Source: Anaeramoeba ignava BMAN
Lineage: Eukaryota > Protista > Anaeramoebae
Assembly (NCBI GenBank): GCA_028826165.1
Contig: JAPDFW010000054.1
Span: 558,001 to 622,000, forward strand
Reading direction: 5' to 3'
Length of the DNA: 64,000 bases
Shown here: positions 35,840 to 49,872 of the stretch, one piece after another
Layout of the letters: every line of letters starts with the position of its first letter
Position numbering within the stretch: position 1 is the first letter of the stretch
Translations under genes and position numbers: made by a program
Notes under the pieces: model-generated
Seen by the model: only the letters and a program-made list of their open reading frames with translations
The model's database searches: none
Told to the model about the DNA's origin: nothing

Positions 35840-38800
35840 TTAATTAATAAATTTTTGAGTTCCAAGTAAATCTTTTTGAATTTTTTGAATTTCTTCATCA
35901 GTTGGAGGTTCAAGTTCATAAGATAAAGAATTTTGAACTGGATAATAAAAATCCAAAAGGGAAAAAATAGTATTATTCAAATCTTGAATATATTTAGCAT
36001 TTTCCAAAAAAATCAAGTGTTCTTGTTTAGTAGCTTTATCTTTCAAAACAGAATTAGCATAAAGAATATGATAAGAAAAATCAAGTGAATTAAATAGTTC
36101 TCTTTGGTTGAGAAAATATATGATTGTAGCGCCAGCCCAAGCAATTCCATCCCCAAAAAGTTGTTGATAAGTAAATGTTTTTTGTGCGTTTTTTGGATCC
36201 GTTTTTTCATCTGGAGGTAAACAGAACATAAATTGTAAGCAACTCCATAATCGGTAAAATTCATTTGAACGACTGATGTTGAATAATCCTGGTGTTGTAT
36301 CTCCTAACCATTTATCTCTTACTGGATCTAGCATTTTGTTTGTGTGTTCAAGTACAGCTTTAAATAATGACATTGGTTTAACTTCCTTGCTATAAATCTA
36401 TTTTAATTTTTTGAAATTTTGAATTTAATTTTTAATTTTGATTTTGATTTTAATTTTTAATTTTGATTTTAAATGAATTTTAATTTTTAATTAGATTTTA
36501 AATGAATTTTAAATTTAAATTTAATTTAAAAATGAATTTTGAATTGAATTTGTACAGAAGTTGTTTCTTGAGTAAAACTTAATAAATCTTTAGCTGCTAA
36601 AGAACTTTTCAAAATATTTTCATTATCATTTTTGAGAGTTAAATTTTGGACAGCATTATCCAAAAACAATAAAGTATTATCATCATCATTATCATTATTA
36701 TCATTATCATCATCTTTTTTATCCTTATTAATTTTCTTTTTGCTAGGAGGAACAACACCAACAAAAGGGGCCGAGTTTATGAATGTCTGGAAATTCATTA
36801 CGGGAATAACATGTTCAAAAAGTCTCATAAGAGCAATAGTGTTTCCCAATTCACGAAAGTTTTGAAAAACACCTGGTTCTAATTCTTCATATTGACGAAT
36901 AACATCGAGAGGAACAACAAAATAACCGAAACAACCATCAATACCATAATCAAGGGATGGGAGATTTGTCTTTGTGGAGATGCCACTAAGAAGTTCCTCA
37001 ACATAAGGAGCCAAAATATTCTGAGTTTTCAACGCGGAATTAGTCAAACACTCCTGAACAATAAGCGGCAAATCCTTTTCGCCCGAAACTTTCAGGAATG
37101 AGATAATATGTGGAGCGCCAAAAAACTCACAACGAAGACGATTGATATTCTCGAAATATTCGTTCAAAGTTTTGGATCCATATAAAAATGCATTGGGCAC
37201 TTTGGGAGGGGGATCGCGCAGTGTTTCATGGACAAAAGAGCGAGGAGCTCTCAAAAAGCGCTGGGTTGTTGAATTGAACACAAAGTTAGGGATAATATCC
37301 TCGACTAACTCAAATAGAAAATGCAGTGTGATTCTGTTCTGTAGTGAGACAAGTGATGTGCTTTCATTAATTTCTGACAGCATATTTTCAAAACTGTCAA
37401 GAAATAAATACTGTGAAAGTAAGTTGTGTGTGTTTTGGATGCTTTGTAGCATCTCGTCAAGTTGAATTATCCCTGTTGCATCTGAAGACTCGAATATCTG
37501 TATCGCTGCGTTGATGTTCTCACGCAAAATGTTGTTAATTTTTTGAGTTAAAAGATTGGAAAAATTCACTGTTCTTCCCAATAATGTCACATGACGTTGC
37601 ATCAATAATGTTTGATATCGCGTCTTTGGCGCTATAAGTCGATCCAGTTTGTTGTCTATTTTTCGGATCTCTGCCCGATACTCGTTGTCAATCATCATTG
37701 TTGATGCTAAATATTTGTAATAATGAAAAATTTCTTCTCCTAATTGAAATACTAATTGATCAAAGCATAAATTCACTTCAGCTTCGATTTCTTCAAATAG
37801 GTATTGTTGTTCGAGAAAGTTGAGTGATTGTTCCGCTGCATCGTTGTAAAGAGAAAGTGGATATAATGATAATTCTGATAAATGTGATGTTCGCATTGAG
37901 AGTGAGTGTCTTGCCAATATCCAAGGAAGAGAAAATTCTACTGGAAACTATATTTATATATTTTATTATTTTAATATTTATATATTTTAATATTTATATA
38001 TTTTAATATTTTATATTTTAATATTTATATATTTTAATATTTTAATATTTTAATATTTTAATATTTTAATATTCATATATTTTAATATTTTAATATTTAT
38101 ATACTTTAATATTTTAATATTTTAATATTTATATATTTTAATATTTTATTATTTTTATATTTTAATATTTAATATTTTAATATTTTATTATTTTATTATT
38201 TATATTTTAATATTTTAATATTTTATATATTTTATTATTTTAATATTTTAATATTTTTAATATTTATATATTTTTATTATTATTATTTTAATATTTATAT
38301 ATTTTAATATTTATTTTAATATTTTAATATTTTAATATTTATTTATTTTAATATTTATATATTTTGAATATTTATATATTTGAATATTTTAATATTTATA
38401 TATTTTAATATTTTAATATTTTAATATTTTAATATTTAATAATATTTTAATATTTTTTAATATTTATATATTTTAATATTTGTATATTTTAATATTTTTT
38501 TTTTATATTTATATATTTTTAATATTTTATTATTTTATTATTTTAATATTTTAATATTTTAATATTTTAATATTTTATATTTTAATATTTTAATATTTTT
38601 AATTTATTTATATATTATATTTTTAATATTTTTTAATTTTTAATTTTTAATATTTTATATATTTTAATTTATTATTTTTATATTTTTTTTATATTTTTAA
38701 TATTTTAATATTTTAATATTTTAATATTTTAATATTTTATTATTTTTAATATTTTATTATTTTAATATTTTTAATATTTATATATTTTAATATTTCAAAA

Positions 38801-41800
38801 TATTTATTTTAATATTTTTATATGTTTTAATATTTATATTTTATTATTTAAATATTTATTTTAATATTTATATATTTTTATTATTTATATATTTTAATAT
38901 TTTTAATATTTTAATATTTATATATTTTAATATTTATATATTTTAATATTTAATATTTTAATATTCATATATTTTAATATTTTAATATTTATATACTTTA
39001 ATATTTTAATATTTATATATTTTAATATTTATATATTTTAATATTTATATATTTTAATATTTATATATTTTAATATTTTAATATTTTAATATTTTAATAT
39101 TTATATATTTTAATATTTTAATATTTTATTATTTTTATATTTTAATATTTATTTTAATATTTTTATATTTATTATTTTAATATTTTAATATTTATATATT
39201 TTAATATTTTAATATTTTAATATTTTAACTCTACCTGAATATTGTTTGTTAATTCAAGATATAATTCTCTAAACCATAAATGTGAAAAATTTGAAGACAC
39301 TTGAATTATATCCACATAATTTAAAAGATAAGGAAAAATCCATAAAAGATTTTCAAATTCTTCTAAATCTTTAATTTCACCACCTGTAAGTTCTTTATTA
39401 TTAATAATTTCACCTTTTTTTCCAATAACACTCCTTAAAGTTTCAAGAATAATTTGAAGTGTAATATTTTGAGTAAATGTAATTCCAACAGTTTTTGTTT
39501 GAATAGAAGTTTCTATTTTCTGATTTTTTGCTTGAACAGAAATATCATCAGGCTCTTTTCCATCACTCCAATCTGCAAATATTGTACGCATTAAAAGAAA
39601 TGAATTTCTTAACTTGGTTTTCTTTTTTTTTGTAAGTCTTCGAAGAATTGGTCGAATTGTATTTTGAGCAAATTTTTGGATTTGTCGATATATATATTTA
39701 CGAGTAATTGAAAAAATTATTTCTGTTTCTTTTTGTAATAAACTTGAAAGTGCTTTAACCATTGAAATATATTCAAGTAATGTAGATAATTCTTTATCTG
39801 AATAATTATATCTAACAGCCTGGAATTTTTATATTTTAATATTTTATATTTAATATTTTATTATTTTAATATTTTATTATTTTTATTATTTTATTATTTT
39901 AATATTTTATTATTTTAATATTTTATTATTTTAATATTTTAATATTTTAATATTTATATATTTTAATGTTTATATATTTTAATATTTTATTATTTTATTA
40001 TTTTATTATTTTAATATTTTATTATTTTTATATTTTTATATTTTATTATTTTATTATTTTAATATTTTATTATTTTATTATTTTATTATTTTAATATTTT
40101 AATATTTTATTATTTTTATATTTTAATATTTTATTATTTTATTATTTTAATATTTTATTATTTTAATATTTTATTATTTTTATATTTTATTATTTTATTA
40201 TTTTAATATTTTAATATTTTAATATTTTATTATTTTAATATTTTAATATTTTAATATTTTATTATTTTATTATTTTAATATTTTAATATTTTAATATTTT
40301 ATTATTTTTATATTTTATTATTTTAATATTTTAATATTTTATTATTTTTATACTCTTTCATATTCTGTAGCTCCAATAGGACACTTTGATGAATCAATTG
40401 CATGTGTATATTTATATGCTGATTGTTCTAAAATTTGTGACGTCCATTTACATATATGACCAAGACCATTTATGAAAAAAGTAATCCAAGTACTAATCTC
40501 ATCATCCGAAAGTTGTTGTTTTTTCTCAATTTTTGCTTTTAAAGGGTTAATAATTTTAATAAACTCAAAAACATAAAAATCATAAGCATTTCTTTCATTA
40601 TCAATATGATTAATCAACATATATTTTTCTACAACATGATTTTCCTCAAGAGATCCCCAAATTGAAGATGAAAAATATGTAGATTGCGAAAGTATTTGTT
40701 CAATTCCAACCGACATATCGCCATAAAGAAGAATAAATGGGGATTCCTTATTTATAATTAATTAATAATTAATATTTTTGATTTAATTTTGAAAAAAAAT
40801 TCATTTTGTTCGTTTTTTTTTCTACTTTAAATATTTTCCCTATTTTTGATAATGGAAGTCCTTTTGATTTAAATGGATTCGTTTTTTCATTTTTTGGATC
40901 ACCCATTAATACTAATGATACTGATATTATTCTTAAATATCGTCTCTTTTCATCAGGAAGAATGATCCTTTTACTTTCGTATAATTCTAACATGAACATT
41001 ATTAGCATCTCAAAAAAATCATCATAACTTTATTAATAAATTTGTGATAATAAAATATTTTTTAATTGATTTCCTTTTTTTGAATATAATTTAAATATTG
41101 ATTTTTTTTATACCCTGTTATTTTTAATAAATTTTCTTTTAAATTAGAAAGTAAAGAATATTTTTTTGCAAGAAATAAACTAAGAGAATGCATTTCTTGA
41201 AGAGTTTCTGCTTTTTCAATTCCACCTTCAAAACCAGATGAATATTCTCTTTATATTTTTTAAAAAAATTTAATTTTAATTTTAATTTTAATTTTATAAA
41301 TTTTTTAATTTTATAAATGAATTTTAATTTTAATTTTAATTTTAATTTTAATTTTAATTTTAATTTTAATTTTAATTTTAATTTTAATTTTAATTTTAAT
41401 TTTAATTTTAATTTTAATTTTAAATTTTAATTTTGTAAATGAATTTTAATTTTGTAAATGAATTTTAATTTTAAAATAAATTTTAATTTTTTACCTTTTA
41501 AAATGTGAAAAATCATTCGCAAATGATGCTTTTTGATTCATTAATAAGTCTAAAACAGTATATGAATCAATCAAATTTCCAAAATCTTTTAAAATACATC
41601 TGTTTATAATTTCTTCTTTTCTTTTTTTCAAATTTGAAATTGTCTAAATTAATTAAAATTTTGTTTTTAAATTTTAAATTAAATTTCAAATTAAAAAATT
41701 TTTTATAATTTTAATTTAATAAAATACTTCACAAATAAATTTTGTTGCTTCATCTCGAAAATTCATTAAATCTTTGGCTTTTTTAAACACAGAATTCATC

Positions 41801-42342
41801 AATTCCAAATTCGCTTTTTTGATATTATTGAGTGCTTCTTTTTCTTTGACTTCATTTGTTATCTATTTTAATTATTATTTGAAAAAAAAAATTATTGAAA
41901 ATTATTTTTTATTTAAAAATTTTTTCAAAAGAAAAAAAAAATTTAAATAAATAAGTAAATAATTAATTACCTTCAAAACTGATTTCAAAATACTTCTATG
42001 AGCATATAAAACTGCAAAGAGTCTTTTTGCTGTTTCATTGACTTGATGCTTATTTTTAAATTAAAAAAATTAAATTAAAAAAATTAAATTAAAAAAATTA
42101 AATTAAAAAAAATTAAAAAAATTAAATTAAAAAATTAAATTAAAATCATTTACAATTTCAGCAAGAACACTTAAATCAAATGATTCACCAGTTTCAATAT
42201 ATGCTTTTCTATCTGTATGTAAATTGGATTGTTCTAATGAAAGATAAATTTCTGGTGAATTTTCTTCTTCAATTGGTGTATTATCAAATATTTGTATTGA
42301 TGAAATTGATTTTGTTATTAATTCAAAATTATTTTCGTTCAT
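35840..42342 (-). CDS. CYFIP: CYFIP/Sra1/PIR121 (WAVE regulatory complex subunit), 10 exons
   Basis: Spliced motifs NDFSHFKR, LYGDM, EYER|AVRYNYS, LWFRELYLEL..IQ|FPVEFSLPWIL, YPLSLYNDAA, EIEAEVNLCFDQLV, EFYRLWS, FGDG. Exons approx 42342-42154, 42048-41971, 41862-41729, 41643-41495, 41248-41114, 41027-40826, 40746-40354, 39819-39235, 37947-36556, 36397-35840. Confidence 0.93.
37948..39234. repeat. 1.29-kb CYFIP intron made of degenerate (TATTTTAA/TATA)n
   Basis: Almost pure A/T repeat between a GTAGAG donor and a TAG acceptor. The intron at 39820-40353 is similar. Confidence 0.9.
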
Positions 42343-42609
42343 TTAGAAAAAAAAAAAGATCAATTTAAGAACAAACACAAAATAAAATGAAAAAAATGAA
42401 AAATGAAAAAAATGAAAAAATTTTTTTTGCTTTTTTTGGAATTTTTTTTTCATCAACAAAATCAATAATAAAATTAAAAATTAACAAAAAAATTGACAAA
42501 AAAAAGCTATTTATTTAATTAAAATTAAATTAAAATTAAAATTAAATTTGAAATTAAAATTTAAATTAAAATTTAAAATTAAAATTGAAATTGAATTTAA
42601 AATTGAAAT

Positions 42610-45600
42610 TTATATTACGATTTCGTTTATTTTTTGATTTCGATCTAAATTATAATAATCATTTAATTTTAATTGAAAAATTTGAATAAATTGTTTTTTG
42701 GAAATTGAATCTTGAAATAACATTTTCAAAATTGATTTAGAACGAGAACAACATTTTGGAGAACAACATTGAGATTCATTAATTTTATAAAATGTTAATA
42801 TTAAAGTGTTATCTTTTTTTGATTTTATGTTAACTTTTGTATCATGAGAAAAAGGAAATTGATAATTTTCACTTTTTTGACTTGAAATGAGTAAAGCATG
42901 ATTCAATACAACTATTTTAGCATTTTCAAATATTTTGGAATTTTTAGTAAAAATAAAAACAGGGAATTGATTTTCTTGATTGATATTTTTTTCTTGTTCT
43001 AAATCTTTTTTTAAATCATCTTTTAAATCATCTTTTAAATCTTTTTTTAAATCATCTTTTAAATCATCTTTTAAATCTTTGTTTAAATCTTTGTTTAAAT
43101 CTTTGTTTAAATCTTCTTTTAAATCTTTGTTTAAATCTTTTAAATCTTTTTTTAAATCATCTTTTAAATCATCTTTTTAAATCTTTTTTTAAATCTTCTT
43201 TTAAATCTTTTAAATCTTTTTTTAAATCTTTTTTTAAATCTTCTGGTTTCTGTGTTTGTTTAAATTCAAGCATTTGCTCATATAAATTCTTGTATTTAAA
43301 ATACTTTTCTTGGCAAATATTACGAACTACTTTCGCTTGTTGCCAATTCTTAAATTGAATAAAAATAACTTCTCCCTCTTTTTTTTCAAAAACTATCACA
43401 TCTTTATAATTATCATGAATTTTCACTTGAATTTCTGAATATATACTTTCTATATTTTCTTGATTATAACTCACAATTACATTTTTATCTTGGAGAATAA
43501 AATTCCCTTTTGAAATATGATTCAAATTCTCATCAACAACTTCAACATGATAGTTTGCTTTTTGTTGTTGATTAATTTTATAAATAGTTTCGAAATGAAT
43601 TCGAAAAATATGCAGATCTTCTTCATTAAGAAACTTGAATATCATGTTATTTTCATTTGGAAGTGTAATTCGAGTTATTAATTTCTCGTTGGGATGTAAT
43701 GCAAACTGAAGCAGCATTAATAGAAACTGTTCCTGCTTCTCTTTTTTTTGGATCACTAAAAAGTAATCTTTGAAACTCAATAAAATATTGTCCTTTTGAT
43801 TAAATTTTTCATCAATTTCGATAACTTCAAATTTATTGATCCAATCTTCTTCATTTTTCTCGATATTTAGTGCGTTTTGTTGTTGTTGTTGTTGTTCATT
43901 TTGTTCCGGTTCATCAAATTCTACATCAGATTCATATCCTTCTTTAATTCTTAAATTTGAATTTTGGTTGCTTGCTTTCTGAAAAAACATTTGAATAAAC
44001 AAATCTTTACTATTTGGCTTTTCAAATGAAACTATAAAACTATTTTGACCAATAAAATGAATTTGGAGTAAGTCTTTAATTTTCGAATGAAGAAACAATT
44101 CTGTATTTTTGATTAGATATTGAAATTCTGTATTCTCGCTAATCAAAATAATATATGCCTTCGTTAAAGAAATAAGTGCTTTTTTCGCATTTGGATCCAA
44201 TTTGGAATGGAGTTTAATTCTGAAATGTGATGTATTTTTGGAAAAATAATCTTTTAATCCAAAAAAACGGAAATTGTTAATGAAATGGCGCTTGATTTGC
44301 TCTCCAGAAAAGGTTGCAATTACAATAAGCAATTTTCCAAATTTGATCTTGCATTTGTTATTTTCTTCATTGAAAATTAGGCATTCGTTTGGCTTATAAA
44401 TTTCGATTTGTGAATTGTCATTTATAATTGTGACCTGAAATTTTGTGAGATAGATTGTTGCCTTTCTGGAATTTCCAGCAACTGATAAATCTTCAATATA
44501 TACTGGATAAGAAAATAATTCCTTTCCGATTGAATTTGTGATCAATCTTATTCGATTTTCTTTGAATTTTGTTTCGAAATCAGTTGCAATTTCCTCAGTT
44601 TCAAAATTAACTGAAATGACCGAATTGATTCCATATTTGAATTCTCGAATTTTGGGTTCGTTTATATTGATGGAAATTAAATTGTGAATATCGTAATCAC
44701 AGGAAAACGAATCAAGTTGTGAACGAACATAGAAATTGCGAGAAAAAAGTTGAATTTCACCTTGTTGAGTTCCGATTGATGTTTCAAATTTGCAAAGAAA
44801 GTTATTTTCAGGTTTTTTTTCCATTTTTTCAGTTTGAATGTATTGTTCATTCAGTAAATTGAATCTTTTCGAGTGTTTTTTGCTCATTTTTGATGTGATG
44901 AATTGAATGTAAATTAACTCGAGTTCATCAAAAACAAATTTGCATTTTTTGGGTGTTGTTTGTTCTTGTGTTACTCTTGCAAAATTATTGTAATATCGCG
45001 AAATTTTTGTGTTTGAAAAAGTAACTTCGAAGTGATCTCTAAAAAGGGAAATTTTTCCAATATCAACAATTTGGTGGTTTATATTAAGAACGTAGAAGCA
45101 AAATTTGTTGATTTGTTGATAATTTATATTCTCATTTTCATTCAAATCTATATTTTCATTTAAATTTTCATTTAAATTTTCATATCCAAATATTGAGTCT
45201 GTTAAATATAAATCCTCAGAATAATTATAACTTGATACATTAATCGCATAATTAATCAATGGAGTGTTCACAATTTCATCTATTTTGGTTCTTTTTTGAA
45301 TAACTGAGACTCCTAAGCTTTTGCTTTGTATAAAATTTTCATTGTAAAGATCAAATTCTGCAACTAATTCTCGGAAAATATTTGGATCGTCAAATTTATC
45401 CACAAGCTCAAATTTGGTCGACAATTTTGGAATGCGACTTAAACTCATTTGATAAAAAGATGTAAATGTGCTGCAAAGCATATCACAATGAGATTTTGAT
45501 AAGCACAAAATAAAAATAGCCTTTCCAGAATCAGTTTCTTCAATCTTAATTTTTAGCAACTTTGGATTTGCTAGTGATTTGATAAAATTCATGTGTCCTG

Positions 45601-47633
45601 AGCTCCAAGAAAAATAAATGGGTGATTCTGATTGAGAAAAAATCATGAAATTATCTTGAGTCAAACGAATCACAGCAGGAATTGGGATATTCAAATTGGA
45701 AATGATATAAGCGTGGAAAGTGGCTTCGTTTTTTGTCCAGCAACGGAAAGCAATTGCAAAGATTTCTTCTTTTTCGCTGAGAATTCTTCCGTTAATTTGA
45801 TATGATTCAACAAATGTTCCTTGATAAAACGCAAACATCTGGAATATTTTCCACAATAAATATCCTGCCTTTTTGGTGTTTGTTTCGATTCTCAAAGATG
45901 TATCCGGATCACGAAGTGATAATTGAAGTTGAGAAAAGTTGTTTTTGTTGATTTTGAGTTTGGTTTCTTTGCTGTATTTCTGAGCAAAAATGACTTTTTC
46001 ACCAACAAATATTTCGAAATGAGTCGAGAAAAGTTGAATCCATCCATGAATATTCCTGTTTTCGAGAGAGATAAGAATATCACAGTCAGATAAACCAAGA
46101 GAAAAATCATGAATTATCGAAATATTCCATGATTCAGTGATTTTATTGTTTTCTGTTAATGAATCTACAAATTCTGGTAGTAAAAAGACAGTTTGCATAT
46201 CGTTCTGAGCCAATTCACTTCGAGATATGACAATATTTGGTTTCTTTTGAAGTTTCAATTTCATTTGAAGTTGATCTGCTGCGATTTGTTGAATCTCAAT
46301 AAATTTTTCAAGAGTTTTTGCGACAATAAAAGAAAGAGTATTTGATTTGAATTGAAGTTTCCATTTTGTAAATTCATTGAAATTAATTTGAAGAAAACTG
46401 GAATTTTCTTCATTTTGTTCTTGAAAGTTATTATTATTGTTATTGTTATTATTATTATTATTGTTAATCACTTGAGTTCCAACTGTTATTACTTGAGTTT
46501 TAGTGATTTTCTCGTTAATCAATTGAAGAAGCATGTTCGAAAACACCAAATTACCTTTTCCATAAACAGGAACAATTCCATCACTTACATGAATAATATT
46601 GACATTAAATTCAATTTTTTCTTCATAAGAAATGGATGATGAAAGAGTTTGAATTAAAGATTCTTTGCTTGATTCAAAAGGTTTTTCCATAAGAACTGAA
46701 ACAAGTTCTTTTTCTTGATTGATATCCGATTTATTCGGTTGAATTGAATTTAGTATTTGAATAAAAGATTCTGAGGAACTTAATTTTTTGAATCGACTTG
46801 TTGCAAAAATATATTGTGATTTTTCTTGGTGATTTAAATAGAAAAATAATTGTGTTGTTTTGAAAATTTCTTCGTTTCCAAATTTCTTGTTCAATTCTTG
46901 TGAAATATTTTCGACTAAAGATGATTTAATATCAAATAATATTTTTGGGTCTTGCAAAATTTCTAGATAATTTGAAGATGAATAATAGCATTTGATAACT
47001 GCTTTTGGAAGTTCAAGATTTGCCACAATTAAAATTGCAGAAGAAATTGAATTTTCAATTGAAATTGATTTCAAAATGAATTCAAAACGAATTGGAAGTT
47101 TAAATAATTGATTTGATAAAAATTTCTCAAGTTCTAAAACGGAAAAGTTATTGATTTTATTTGGAATTTCTTCTTTTTTTTTCTCATAAAGGTTTTTTAA
47201 TTCATTCAAAAGTATAAGAAGTTTTTCCTTGATATTTTCTTGATGAGGATCAAATAAATATTGTTGATCAATTCCATATTTTTTACATGATTCTATAAAG
47301 TGAGAAAAATTAGATAAAGAATCAAAACTAAGAAGAAGAAAAATAACAAATTTAAAAAGAAAAATAGAAAAACATTATTAAATTTTAAACAATGAATCAT
47401 CAAAATCAAAATAAATCAAAATAGAAACAAATCAAAATAAATTAGAAACAAATCAAAATAAATTAGAAACAAATATATTTTTACAAATTAATTTCAAATG
47501 AATAATTGCTATTAATTTTTTGAATTAAATAAGAGAGTAGAATTGATAAATTATTTAAAGGTAAATTAGGAAAAATTTCAAAATTTGATATTTTTGATAA
47601 CCAAATAAAGATCTCTTTTTTGTTTGATTCCAT
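42610..47633 (-). CDS. Large protein with N-terminal calponin-homology domain and multiple predicted PH-like modules
   Basis: Exon 1 MESNKKEIFIWL.. spliced (intron ~47328-47483) to NFSHFIESCKKYGIDQQYLFDP, a CH-like motif. Then the 1346-aa ORF; a frameshift in the DLKK repeat near 43175 links it to the 42610..42906 frame. The PH-like call rests only on beta-rich/helix patterns. Confidence 0.6.
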
Positions 47634-47749
47634 AATAAAAGAAACAAAATTAAAATTAAAATTAAATGAAATGAAATTAAATGAAATGAAATGAAAAAAG
47701 GAAGAGAAAGAAAAAAATGATTTCAATTTTTTTTTAAAAAATTTTTTAG

Positions 47750-48640
47750 AAATTGAAATTGAAATTAATTTAGAAATTGATTTAGAAATTGAAATTGAAA
47801 TTGAAATTGAAATTGATTTAGAAATTGAAATTGATTTAGAAATTGAAATTAATTTAGAAATTGAAATTGATTTAGAAATTAATATTGAAGTTGATTTAGA
47901 AATTGAAATTAATTTAGAAATTAATTTAGAAATTGATTTAGAAATTGATTTAGAAATTGATTTAGAAATTGATTTAGAAATTGATTTAGAAATTGATTTA
48001 GAAATTGATTTAGAAATTGATTTAGAAATTAAAATTGATTTAGAAATTGATTTAGAAATTGATTTAGAAATTGATTTAGAAATTGATTTAGAAATTGATT
48101 TAGAAATTGATTTAGAAATTAATTTAGAAATTGATTTAGAAATTGAAATTGATTTAGAAATTAAAATTGATTTAGAAATTGATTTAGAAATTGATTTAGA
48201 AATTGATTTAGAAATTGATTTAGAAATTAATTTAGAAATTAAAATTGATTTAGAAATTGAATTGTAAATATTTTTTTAAACGGTTTTTAAAAGAAATTTC
48301 ATTTTTAAATCCATAATCCTAAAAAAAAAAAACTTTGAAAAATTGAAAATTTAGAAAAAAAAATTTAGAAATTGATTTGAAAAATTGAGGAAGAAATTGA
48401 TTTAGAAATTGATTTTGAGTCTGAGGTTTTAGAAAATTGAAATTTATTTGGGTATAGAAATTGATTTAGAAAATTGATTTAGAAAATTTGAAATTTTAGA
48501 GGAAGAAAAATTGATTTAGAAATTGATTTAGAAATTGATTTAGAAATTGATTTAGAAATTGATTTAAAAATTTTTTAGAAATTGATTTAAAAATTGATTT
48601 AGAAATTAATTTAGAAATTAAAATTGATTTAGAAATTGAA
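47750..48640. repeat. 12-mer minisatellite (TTTAGAAATTGA)n
   Basis: Directly visible. Confidence 0.93.
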
Positions 48641-48791
48641 TTGTAAATATTTTAAAACGGTTTTTAAAAAAAATTTCATTTAAAAATGAATAAACCAAAA
48701 ACTTTGAAAAAGAAAAAGAGCAAAAAGAAAAATTTAAATGGAATGAAAATAATAGGAAAAATTAAAAATGAAAAAGGTGAAAATAAAAATA

Positions 48792-49037
48792 TTATTTTTC
48801 TAATTTATTTTTATTTTGCTGTTCTGTTGCAATTGCAATTCCAGCAGGAAGAATAAATACAAGTGAACCAGTTGAAGCAATCCATCCTAAATTTTCTATT
48901 TTTTCAACTCCTTTTTGAAAAAACCAAGTTGTATTTGAAAAACCTTTTGAAACAACTGATCTAAAACTAGGTGAAAATGCATTTAAAAGTGAATCAAACC
49001 AACTACTTTCTTTATCAGTAAGATCTAATTTTGACAT
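48792..49037 (-). CDS. TOM22: Short Tom22 (TOM complex subunit), 81 aa
   Basis: SPSFRSVVSKGFSNTTWFFQKGVEKIENLGWIASTGSLVFILPAGIAIATEQQ matches the Tom22 pattern P..R...S..F....NLxW-x3-T-x7-P-x7-EQQ (yeast NLAWTLTTTALLLGVPLSLSILAEQQ). Confidence 0.82.
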   Translation of the reverse strand: MSKLDLTDKESSWFDSLLNAFSPSFRSVVSKGFSNTTWFFQKGVEKIENLGWIASTGSLVFILPAGIAIATEQQNKNKLEK

Positions 49038-49224
49038 TTTAAATGGAATGAAAATAATAGAAAAAATTAAAAAAATGAAAAAAATGAAAATAAAAAAATA
49101 TTATTTTTGAATTGTTTATTTTTATTCTTTTAAAAAATTAACTCTAATCTAAAAATATAATCTAAAAAAAATTTTCTTTTCAATTCTGTTTTGTTTTTCT
49201 TTTAAATTCTGTTTTGTTTTTCTT

Positions 49225-49855
49225 TTAAATTTGAATTTGAATTTGAATTTGAATTTGAATTTGAATTTGAATTTGAATTTGATCTTGATTTTGATTTTCA
49301 TTTTCAATTTGATTTTGAATTTGATTTTGATTTTGAATTTGATTTTGAATTTGATTTTGAATTTGATTTTGAATTTGAATTTGATTTTGAATTTGATTTT
49401 GAATTTGATTTTGATTTTGATTTTGATTTTGATTTTGATTTTGAATTTGAATTTGATTTTGATTTTGATTTTCAATTTGATTTTGATTTTGATTTTGATT
49501 TTGATTTTGAACTTGATTTTGATTTTTATTTTGATTTTCATTTTGATTTTGAATTTGAATTTGATTTTGATTTTGAATTTGATTTTGAATTTGATTTTGA
49601 TATTGAATTTGATTTTGAATTTGATTTTGATTTTGAATTTGATTTTGGTTTTGGTTTTGATTTTGATTTTGATTTTTATTTTGAATTTGATTTTGAATTT
49701 GAATTTGATTTTGATTTTGATTTTGAACTTGATTTTGATTTTTATTTTGATTTTCATTTTGATTTTGAATTTGAATTTGAATTTGATTTTGATTTTGATT
49801 TTGAATTTGGTTTTAAATTTGAATTTGAATTTGAATTTGAATTTGATTTTAAATT
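49225..49855. repeat. (TTTGAA/TTTTGA)n hexamer microsatellite
   Basis: Directly visible downstream of SurE. Confidence 0.93.
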
Positions 49856-49872
49856 TTTGTTGTTCATTTTTT

